DNA of 33,912 nucleotides from Chrysochromulina tobinii (lineage: Eukaryota). The stretch lies in contig JWZX01002205.1 of NCBI GenBank assembly GCA_001275005.1, positions 1-33,912 of the forward strand. The letters run 5' to 3'. The position numbers and the translations under genes were made by a program. Below are positions 9,942 to 19,019 of this stretch, piece after piece. Below the pieces are notes generated by a model. The model ran no database searches, was not told the origin of the DNA, and was given only the letters and a program-made list of their open reading frames with translations. Every line of letters starts with the position of its first letter. The first letter of the stretch is position 1.

Positions 9942-10934
9942 GATATGTGGCGTCGCCAATGCACAAAAAGGCGGCCCGCGGGGTCCGCGGGCTTTCTCAC
10001 CGTGAACAGTCCGTGAACTTCCCGTGCATGAAATTATCTTGTACATGTATTTTCCAATATCCGTAATTCACGTTCCATCGACTATCCTCACACACGCCCA
10101 CGTGGCGCCGCTCGATGGCGGTCGCTCGCACGGCGCACGTCGGCTCTTGACAAGTGACAGGTGTGCGCGAGAGTGCACGCGGTGCACCTCCTTTAGCGCG
10201 CAAGCACCCGAAATCTCTGTGGTACCGATGAGGAAGTCTATGAGCACACGAGCGGCAACCTTAGCCAAGTAACTTCACGTTCGGCGGGTCTGTGACGCTA
10301 TCCAATTGAAGCAGTGATAGGACTGAGGCAACCACTCTCTGATCCTGGCACACCAAGAACTATGCTGGCCAGCCCTTGCAATATGCTAGACTTGCAAGTC
10401 TCTTACAGTGTGCTATTCGCCCGCAGGATGATGCGACTGTCGTGCATCCACATGACAAGGCACATACGGATTAGAGTAGACTGAGACTCATGCCTCCTAG
10501 GCCAGGCTGGCTCTGCATCAAAACAGTTTATTGATGTTAAAACGAACACTCACTCCGCGCCGCAAGCGGAACAGCTGGCCAATGCGTGCACGCACTATTT
10601 CAAAGTGTGACTACGCTATGTTGCGCGCACACACCCCGCCCGCCTGGGACCGCGACGAGCCGCGGCGACCGCCCTCGCGCGTCGCGTCGCACGCCGCATC
10701 CACAGGCGTATTCCAGGACCCAGCCCGCACCGCACCCCAAACGAAAACCGGGGCGTTGCGCGCAGCGGTCCAGACAACGCACATCGTCACTGCGGGCAGC
10801 GGTACGCATGCGCACGTGGCGGACGGCGCCAGGGGCCACACCTTCACGCTGGCAATGATTGAGGCATGATTTCGCGGGTCGCCCCGCAGCCTTATCGGCC
10901 GCGCAATCGAGACACGCAATCGAGCCGCGCACGA

Positions 10935-13900
10935 TCAGATCACCTCCCCATCATCGTCGTCCTCATCGTCATCCGCCTCCTCGATGACGGGCGCCATCTC
11001 GCCTAGTGTCGTCTCGCCAGCGGGAAAGCCTTCGGCGAGCGCCTTCGCTGCCTTGGCCTTCTCAGCCTGAGCACCGATGCCAAGAGTGAGATACGGATCA
11101 GATCAATCATAATCAACCATACTCAACCACACTCAATCATAATCAACCAACCACATGCAATCACCTTAGCTGCCTTCTTGCGCTCAGCCTCGGCTTTGGC
11201 CGCCGCCTCCTCAGCCTCGGCAGCGGCGTCGGCGGCCTCTTGCTCGGCCACCCGTCGTTGATGCTCCTCCTGAAGCCGTGCGATGGCCTCAGCGACAAGC
11301 TCTGGTGGAGGTGGTCGCATGTCGGGCCGCGTCCTGTTGAGCACTTCGAGCGCGTCCTTCGCGGCCTTAGCGGCTGGCGCCACGCGACAGTTAGAGGCGA
11401 GGTGCGAGAGGGCCCCGAGCGCCAGGACAGCATGCTCAGGTACCTAATTAGGCAGGCACTCGATTTCGACGAGACGCACTCAGAGGTCATCATAGGTCAT
11501 CATAGGTCATCATAGGTCACCATAGGTCATCATAGGTCACCATAGGTCACCATAGGTCATCAGAGGTCATCAGAGGTCATCAGAGGTCATCATAGGTCAT
11601 CATAGGTCATCATAGGTCATCAGAGGCCATGCTTGGCACTCACTGTCCCCCCCTCGGGTCCGATCATCGCCTCGGTCGAGCTGGTGAGTAGGCGCTGGAG
11701 CGCCGCGGCCGCGCGATGGACTAGACCAGGCTCCTCGCAGATGAGGGCAATCTCGACGAGAGGCTCGAGCACACCAGCCTGCAGGAGGCTACCGCCGATC
11801 TCAGGCGACTGCCAGCCCAGCAGAGTTGCGATGCCGCCCACGGCGGCGATCTGCGACTTGACGTCATCCGAGCCGCAGAAGCCTACGAAGACCTTGGTGG
11901 CCGTCGAGGTAGGGCTGGTGAACTTTTGGGCGATCTCGTCGTGGGAGACAAGGTTGGACATGGCCTCAATCGCGGCGCGTTGCACGAGCGGGTTTTCGGA
12001 GGTGAGCGCCATCTCGAGCGCGCGCCACCCCTTCTCTTTGACGATCTTCTCTTTGAGATCGTCCACAGTCGCCAGATTGCATAGGCACATGCATGCCTCG
12101 AATGTGCTCAGCTCATGGCTCAGATCATCAATGAGCTTGATGATCGGCTTGACCATCGCCTCGGGCCCTGAACCGGTGCGACGCGGATAGAGCGCCGGGT
12201 TGATCGAGATGCCCACCTGTTCCGGGAACCAATCGAGATGTACTCACATGCACTCAGAAGTCATCATCGGAGGTCATCAGAGGTCATCGGAGGTCATCAG
12301 AGGTCTTCGGAGGTCATCAGAGGTCATCAGAGGCCATCAGAGGTCATCGGGAGAGAGGCCTACCTTCGCGAGCGCCCAAGCTGCCGCGCTGGCGGTCTTC
12401 GCGTCCTCACTCAAGGTGAGCCCACATAGCGCCTTGAAGCCGCCTTGCTGCACGATCTTGCCGCGCGCGTCCGGCTCGGTGGCCATGGCGAGCAGCACGT
12501 CAGCCGCGGGCCGGTGGAGGGATTCACTCTTCGACTGGGCGAGCGCCTCGGCGACGACGAGGACGGCATCGTCCATGACGAGCCTGTGGGCGAGCTTGGT
12601 GAGGATGGCCGGGTCGTCTTCCCTCTCGGAGGGCGGTGCGCCGAGTCCGCCGGCGGCCAGCTGCTTCATCTGCTCGATCTGCGCCTTGTCCATTTCGGCC
12701 TCAAGTCGCTTCTGGTCGTCCGACTTTTCGCGCGGCGACACGAGCCTGATGAGGGAGGCAATCAGCGGCCATCATCAGAGGTCATCATCAGTGGTCACCG
12801 GAGGCCGTCCTCAGTGGTCATCAGTGGTCCTTCAGAAGCACTCACCGTCGGAAGGAGGAGAGGAGAGAGAAGCCGAGAGAAGGCTCTGACGCGATGGACT
12901 GGGAGAGGGCGGTGAGGGAGCCAAATGAGGTGCCTTGCTCGACTAGGAACATCTTCGTGTCGGGTAAGATGGTGAGGTACATGAAAGCCTCGACTGCCCA
13001 TCGGTGCACCGAGGGCGCCACCTGATGAGGGACGCAATCAGAAGCGCTCAGGGCAACTCAATTAGAGGCCATCCGATGCGCTCAGAGGCCATCAGAAGCA
13101 ACTTTGAGGCACGTTGAGGCACGTTGATGCATGTTGAGGCACGTCGAGGCTCGTCGAGGCAATGACGCAAGTTGAGGCTATCCAATCAGACGCACTCAGA
13201 CGCACTCAGACGCACTCAGACGCACTCGGACGCGCTCACCTTGGCCTCGAGCAACCCGAGCGTCGCCGTGAGCAGCTTGCCCGTCGGGTTGATGGTCACT
13301 CGGTGGCTCTGGTGGATGAGCGCCGTCTTGGCCAGCGCGACGCACGCGCGGCAGCGTACGCGCGGCTTGGTCGATTTGAGCATCGTCTTCAAGTTCTTAA
13401 TGGGCTCTTCGCCAGCCTTGTCCCGGAATTGCGACTGGTCACTCGCAGCGTGCGCGTAGATCTCCGCGAGCGACTTTTGGAGGTCTTCATCGTCCAGATC
13501 GGCCGCTTCGGCCAGGGACCAAAAGATGGACTCTTGGCGCAGAAGATTCGCGCCGACCTCCTTGTTGACCTCGAGGACTGCAGTCACGCCATGCACGGCG
13601 GCCACGTGCTCGGCCCACTCGACGTGATCGGATCTGAGGATAGGAGAGAGTACGGACTCGATGAGGGAGGCAATCAGCATGCAATCAGTCATGGAGTACC
13701 CCCATGCTCCGAGTGGGCACGCACCTGATGAGGGAGGCAATCAGCATGCAATCAGTCATGGAGTACCCCCATGCTCCGAGTGGGCACGCACCTGATGAGG
13801 GAGGCAATCAGCATGCAATCAGTCATGGAGTACCCCTATGGGCACGCACCTGAGGATGGGCGAGAGTACGGACTCGCACACTTTCGAGAGAGCGGGGGTG

Positions 13901-15102
13901 TTCTCGCCCTCCTCCTTGCCATCCTTGGAGCCCCCAATCTTCGCCATGAGCACCGAGAGCACCCCGAGCGCCATCTTGTGCTGCTGTGACTCCTCGTCAC
14001 CGAGCAGCCAGATGAGCTCCTTGAAGACCTGTGGAAGCACCGCACTCGCCGCCTCCTTATCTTTATCCACGACTCGAATGAGGCCGTCCTGGCCGGCACG
14101 CGCGATGCTCGACTCGTGGTGGCGCAGAAAGGGCAGCAGACTCACCACAAGCATCCCCTGCGCATCCTGCGTGCCGAGCGCCGAGCGACAGCCGGCGGCA
14201 CTCGCAAGCAAGGAGAGGGAGCGACGCGCCGTCAGCAGCAGGTTCTTGACGCGATCGGGCTCTTTTGGCGGCGCCGGTGGGAGGCCGTGCGCGATGGCCG
14301 CGGCGGCCGCCTCGGCATCCGCTTCGCCCAGCTCCTTGCCCGCCTCGGCCGCGGCCGTCGCGACCCCGAGCAAGCGACCAATCGCGCTGCCTCCTTGGGC
14401 CTTCGTCATCGCTTTGAGCACCTCCGACTGTGCCTTGTCCTCGGGTCCAGACATGCGGTCGAGCGCCTCGATGGCGAGGCCCACGATCGGCATCGATATG
14501 TCCGCGGCCTTCGCTACCTCGCTCGGCAGCAGCTGCACGAGCACCTCGACCGCGCCCGCGTGCACCAGCTCTGCAGAGCGGCCGCCGTCCTCCGCGATAC
14601 GCGAGAGCTTGCCTGCAGCCTGCAACTGGTCGTCGCTGCCGGCTGCGGCCGTACGCAGCATCTCCACGGCCTGCGTGGGCGTCGACAGGTCGCTCTTCGC
14701 CGCGCGCTCCTCCATGGCGCGCTTCAGCTTCGCTGCGAGCTGGACTGCCTCCTTGTTCGTCGGCTCGAGCTGCATCAGCATGCGCACATCCTTGAAGGCG
14801 TCGGCGAGCTTGTTCATCGCCTCGCATGCCTGCGCGCGGCGGTAGTACGCCTTGCCGTAGCGTGGGTTGATCGCGAGCGCGGCCGTGCAGTCCTCCTTGC
14901 TCTTCTCTGGCTGCGACAGCTTGAGGTACACGAGCGCGCGGTTGGCGAGCAGTGCGGACGCATCGGCGTGCTTCTTCTCAGGATCCTTGTCCAGCGCCGC
15001 CGTGTAGCTCGTCAATGCTTCCGGGAGCTTTCCCGCCTTCAGCTGCTCGTTGCCCGCCGCTTTGAGCGACTCAATCATGGACGAGTCGTCGGGCACGAGC
15101 AT
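10935..15102 (-). CDS. UNC45: UNC-45-like TPR + ARM/UCS myosin chaperone; 7 exons: 13850..15102, 13240..13633, 12846..13021, 12364..12745, 11644..12216, 11165..11443, 10935..11066 (about 1062 aa)
   Basis: N-terminal 3xTPR (LKAAGNEQLK, NRALVYLKL, KAYYRRAQA). UCS-like motifs RWAVEAFMYLT, RGKIVQQGG, AAWALAK|VGISINP, FEACMCLCNLA and VQRAAIEAMSNL. All six GT-AG junctions join in frame. Start 15102 or 15078. Confidence 0.85.
11067..11164 (-). other. UNC-45 intron 6, 98 nt, degenerate 10-bp repeats
   Basis: AAG|GTGATTGCATG ... GCTCAG|GCT; phase 0; units such as GATTATGATT and GAGTATGGTT. Confidence 0.8.
11444..11643 (-). other. UNC-45 intron 5, 200 nt, with 15 x 10-bp array (11481..11630)
   Basis: ACA|GTGAGTGC ... 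TAATTAG|GTA; phase 0; plus-strand units CA(T/G)AGGTCA(T/C). Confidence 0.85.
12217..12363 (-). other. UNC-45 intron 4, 147 nt, 10-bp array
   Basis: AAG|GTAGGC ... GAACAG|GTG; phase 0; plus-strand units AGGTCATC(A/G)G. Confidence 0.85.
12746..12845 (-). other. UNC-45 intron 3, 100 nt
   Basis: ACG|GTGAGTGC ... CTGATTGCCTCCCTCATCAG|G; phase 2; degenerate 10-bp units. Confidence 0.85.
13022..13239 (-). other. UNC-45 intron 2, 218 nt, two different 10-bp arrays
   Basis: AAG|GTGAGC ... CTGATTGCGTCCCTCATCAG|GTG; phase 0; plus-strand arrays CGCACTCAGA and about ACGTTGAGGC. Confidence 0.85.
13634..13849 (-). other. UNC-45 intron 1, 216 nt: three stacked mini-intron units plus a 27-bp copy of the upstream exon end
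   Basis: CAG|GTGCGT at 13849; units 13792..13849, 13725..13791 and 13660..13724; acceptor ATCCTCAG|A at 13634; phase 2 (L-R-S-D-H-V). Confidence 0.85.
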
Positions 15103-15533
15103 CTCATGACGCGTCTCGCGCGTGAACAAGAAAATTTTCGTCGTTCACAGCGACGGCACAACGTCGAGCCGGCCACAACAGTCCTCAAAGTGGGGAGCAG
15201 CTGTCGACTGGCCGCAACATGTATACAAAACGCCCCGGCGGCTTGCAACGTTGCAACGCGGGGCATACCACACAGAACTCGAGAGGCTCGAGATACAGAC
15301 GCCCGTTTAAGTACACGCGGCTCGATGGTGCTCGCCTCGTCCCCACCCGCACTGTCACGCAACGCTCGCGCGGCAAGATGGCGAGAGGTTCCGCTGTGGT
15401 GCGCGTGTTCGCACGTGATCAGGTTCTCTCGCGCGCCACGCCGCAAGCAACGTCGCAGCCGTCTTCCGCGCAGTTCTGCTCACGCGTCACTCGTGACGAG
15501 ACCCAGCTGTCGGGGACTGCAGCGTGACGAACC

Positions 15534-16937
15534 TTAATCGGCGCGCGGGATGTCTCTCTCGAGCTGGAACTGCAGTGTGACGCCATCAGCCGAGTAGCGC
15601 GTCACGAGTATGAGCCATTCGCCCTCGGTCACCACAAAGGGCGCGGGCGCCATGCCCGCGGCGGCCTGCGAGAGGTCCTCGATGAGCTGCAGGCCCTGCC
15701 CCCACTGCATGTCGCGCGGGAAGTTATCGAGCGTCGCATCCGGATGGGTCGACATCGTCGCGACCAAGGGGCGTGGCGGCGCTGGTGGCAGCGAGCCGCC
15801 GCCAACGCCGCCGCCGCCGCTGCTGCTGCTGCTGATGCTGCTGTCTGCTCCGCTGGCGGCGCAGGCGTCGAGGGCGGCAGCGCCAGCCACCGGAGAAGAG
15901 TCATACACCTCCCACGAGGCAAGAATAGCATGCACCTTGCCCGATTTGGTCGCCTGCACGCGCTGGCGCATCTCTCCGCGCCACAAGCCAACTACGTCGT
16001 ACGCAAAGTCGACGTGTAGCACTGCCTGTCGTGCGGCGAGCTCGCGGTAGTGGCACGAGGAGAAGCGGAAGCCGTACTGCTTGGTGAAGACCATCGAGGT
16101 CGTGTCCTGAAGCGTGTTGAACCAGCCGAGATCGATACCCTCCCACGAGCGCACCTGATGAGGGAGGCAATCAGAGGTCATCAGAGGCCATCAGAGGTCA
16201 TCAGAGGCCATCAGAGGCCATCAGAGGCTATCAGAGGCTCTCACCGACGTGATCGACTCGATGTCCTGACTCTCGACGAGCGTGGCGAACTGGCAGCCGG
16301 CGCGCGGCACGACGGCGGCGTTGTGCGCGACGAGGCGCTGACGCGCGTCCATCACGTAGTGCAGCGCCGACTCACCCAGTAGCAGAGTGCCCAGGATCTC
16401 TGAGAGCAAGACAGTCGGCGTGCCGCCATATGCGGCGACCTCCTCCGGCTGACACTCGGTCGACATCTTGTTAATGATGTGTATGCGCGATTCGAAGCCG
16501 TTGCGCCGGATGATCTCGCGCGCCACGTTGGCCAGGTGGCGGTTCGCTTCGATGGCGATCACGGCCTTGGCACCGAGCGAGGCCGCGATGATCGAGAGCA
16601 GGCCCGAGCCCGCTCCGATCTCGAGCACGATCGACTCGGGCGTCACGACGCGGCGGAGGCAGTCGCGGTAGAACTCGTTGCGCGGATGGTCGTTCATCAT
16701 AGCGTAGTGCCAGTCGTTGGCCGCTTCGATGAGCTCATATGGCTTGTCGCGCAGCCGCTCGGGTATTAGGAATGCTTTGGGCACATTGGCCTCGAAGAGG
16801 TTCGTCTCCTTGCCTTCCGATCCGGGAGGCTTGTAGGGCATCCCCTCGTCGTACGGCTCGTCGCCGTCGTAGGCGTCATAGTCGTGCTCGTCATAGCCCT
16901 CCTGCTCGGCCAGCTCGTCGTCTGGCGCGTCACTCAT
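15534..16937 (-). CDS. Protein arginine methyltransferase-like (PRMT7/PRMT9-related), single domain; join(16245..16937,15534..16154)
   Basis: WHYAMMNDHPRNEFY, SAM motif I VLEIGAGSGLLS, double-E loop SEILGTLLLGE, beta-barrel ending RDMQWGQ. In-frame join ITS|VRSWEGIDL. Start 16937 or 16958. Confidence 0.82.
16155..16244 (-). other. PRMT intron, 90 nt, 7 x 10-bp array plus family 3' motif
   Basis: TCG|GTGAGA ... CTGATTGCCTCCCTCATCAG|GTG. It contains an in-frame TGA, so it must be spliced. Plus-strand units TCAGAGG(T/C)CA at 16171..16240. Confidence 0.88.
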
Positions 16938-17114
16938 GCCGACGGCCTCTGTGTTCATGCACGCTTTCGCAAAGACCTCGTCGCCAATGTGAAAAGTAAA
17001 CATAGGCTGTGTAAAGTCATCGGCAAGTCTTCCTGTTGTGAATAGAAGCAGGTGTTGGCGGCTGAAATGGGAGGGAAGTTGTGCGGACGCGCTGGTGCGG
17101 ACGCGCCCTCTTCC

Positions 17115-18620
17115 ATGCCAGTCCTCTCCATTGGAGCGCCCACCTTCGGCCACTTCGTGTGCGCCATGGTGCTGGCCTCGCTCGCTGCTACCTACACGCT
17201 CTCCGTGGTCGAGGGTGCCGCCTTCCTGCCCATGCTGAGCGGCACGTTCGTGCCCATCCCGGGCAATTACATTTCGCGCATCGTGCTGAGCTTGACGGGG
17301 CTGGCGCTCTACCCTCTCGCCGCCATCCCTTACTACTCCCCTGCTCAGCCGCATGAATGCATCTCGCGCAAGCTCCTCGCCGGCATGGCGATGGTCGGCG
17401 CCACGTGCCTCGCGGTCGTTGGTGCCGTGTGCGAGTCGGACAACGAACCGACGTGCATGGGCAACAGCGACGTCCACACCGCGTCCGCCATCACCTTCTT
17501 TGCGTGCTACGGCATGTACATGATCACGCTGTCGCTGCACGGCCACTTTTCAACCGCGGGCTGGGCCACTCGCACGGCGGTGCACGCCGCGATCGCGCTG
17601 TCGCTCGCGTCCAAGGTGCGCTTCCTCGACACGGGAGCGCTCGTGGGCTCGCTGCTCGTGCACCAGGGCAAGCACTTCGAGCACTCGCCGCACGGCTTCG
17701 GCGACAACCTGCTCGCGATCTTCGAGTACCTTGACACCGGGGCCATCGCCGTGTGGGTTGTGGCGGCGATGCAGCACATGGGGGCGAGCCTCCGCTTCGG
17801 CTTCGCGCCCGACACGACGCCCAAGGGCGCCGTGCCGAGCTCCTATAGCGTGCAGTACGCGCTGCCGGTGCAGACGATGGCACTCGCAACGGCGGGCTTC
17901 GGTCTGGTCACTCTCGCCTTCACCTTTGGCATCGCCTGCGCGCAGGGCACCATCGAGCCACGCGTGTCGTGGCCGTACATCTCGGACTTGTGGGTGGCCA
18001 AGCCGAGCAACATGATCTCGCGCTTTGCCATCTGCCTGACTGGCGCAATGATCGGCGTCTCGCAGCTCGGCCACTACGCCGCTGTCAGCCTGCCGCGCGC
18101 CGGCAGGCCCAGGCTGACGAAACTCGCGCTTGCCTTTTCGGTGCTAGCGGGCCTTGGGCTGATGGGTGTGGGCATGTGCAACAAGCAAGAGACGCCCAGC
18201 GTGCACTTTGGCTCCGCCGCCGTCTTCTTCGGCAGCCTCGCTCTCTGGATGCCGCTCGACCTTGCCACGTCGGTCGGGCATTGGATAGGCCCGTCGCGTG
18301 CTGCCGCTGTGATCGCCGCCTCGGTCTGCATCGGTGCCAAGCTCGGTCAGGGGTGGTGTCACCTGAAGCACGGTGCGGCGGCCCGTCCGAACGGCTCGCA
18401 CGGGGTCACGGAGATCGGCGTCTTCTCCGACATGTCGCCCGAAGGCCTCGAGTGGTCCGCCGCCCTCGCGGGCACCTGTTACTTTGTGCTGACGCACGTC
18501 GCCGCGCCCGCCGCGAGCTTTCTCGTCTACTCGGACGCCGCAAATAAAGGCGAGCTCCTCCCGCAGATCGATGCGATCGCGATGCGTGCGAAGCCGAAGA
18601 AAGTGGACGTGCGAGTGTAG
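17115..18620 (+). CDS. Polytopic membrane protein with two Frag1/DRAM/Sfk1-like halves
   Basis: About 10-12 hydrophobic helices with an internal duplication: LPMLSGTFVPIPGNYISR / WPYISDLWVAKPSNMISR, VHTASAITFF / VHFGSAAVFF, IFEY / GLEW. Start uncertain. Confidence 0.7.
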   Translation: MPVLSIGAPTFGHFVCAMVLASLAATYTLSVVEGAAFLPMLSGTFVPIPGNYISRIVLSLTGLALYPLAAIPYYSPAQPHECISRKLLAGMAMVGATCLAVVGAVCESDNEPTCMGNSDVHTASAITFFACYGMYMITLSLHGHFSTAGWATRTAVHAAIALSLASKVRFLDTGALVGSLLVHQGKHFEHSPHGFGDNLLAIFEYLDTGAIAVWVVAAMQHMGASLRFGFAPDTTPKGAVPSSYSVQYALPVQTMALATAGFGLVTLAFTFGIACAQGTIEPRVSWPYISDLWVAKPSNMISRFAICLTGAMIGVSQLGHYAAVSLPRAGRPRLTKLALAFSVLAGLGLMGVGMCNKQETPSVHFGSAAVFFGSLALWMPLDLATSVGHWIGPSRAAAVIAASVCIGAKLGQGWCHLKHGAAARPNGSHGVTEIGVFSDMSPEGLEWSAALAGTCYFVLTHVAAPAASFLVYSDAANKGELLPQIDAIAMRAKPKKVDVRV

Positions 18621-19019
18621 CGCGCGGGCACGGAGGAGGCGAGCCTCGAGGTCTCGACCAAACTCCAAAGGCCTCTCTCGGAGTGGGAGTCGGAGCGACG
18701 CGAGCTCGTGTCACCAGTGCACCGGACCGCCCGGGCGCGATCATGATTGTTTTAGAACCGCTGAGATTGTATATTTAGCATATTGGAATATTGGACGCTG
18801 TGAGTCTAGAGGGCAAGGACTAATGAACTTCGCTAGATGAGGATGATGTGACACCGTCAGCGCGGACTCTCGCGTGCAGCGTGCTCTCGCTCCGCGTCCG
18901 GTTTGTGGAATCTCAATCTGCCGACACCGCAATCAGCGGCAACCATGTGCATCATGCGCTGATGCGCACATCTCATGGGCCGTATGCCAATATGTGCGTG
19001 CCACACTATGTGCGTGCCA

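Noticed and set aside
10047..10930. Lower-GC intergenic stretch as a TE relic or ncRNA
   Set aside because: No terminal repeats, credible ORF or recognisable RNA structure seen.
11481..11630. AGGTCA direct repeats as nuclear-receptor response elements
   Set aside because: Nuclear receptors are animal-specific; the motif is incidental to the intron repeat.
13660..13849. CRISPR-like array (also the arrays at 11481-11630 and 30398-30918)
   Set aside because: Units are contiguous copies without unique spacers, lie in eukaryotic introns or CDS, and no cas genes are present.
12746..16175. CTGATGAG on the plus strand as a hammerhead ribozyme core
   Set aside because: There is no following stem II plus GAAA, and the word is fully explained as the antisense of the acceptor CTCATCAG.
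16155..16244. Intronic C/D box snoRNA (TGATGA and CTGA words)
   Set aside because: The boxes are by-products of the 10-bp repeat, and there is no unique guide sequence.
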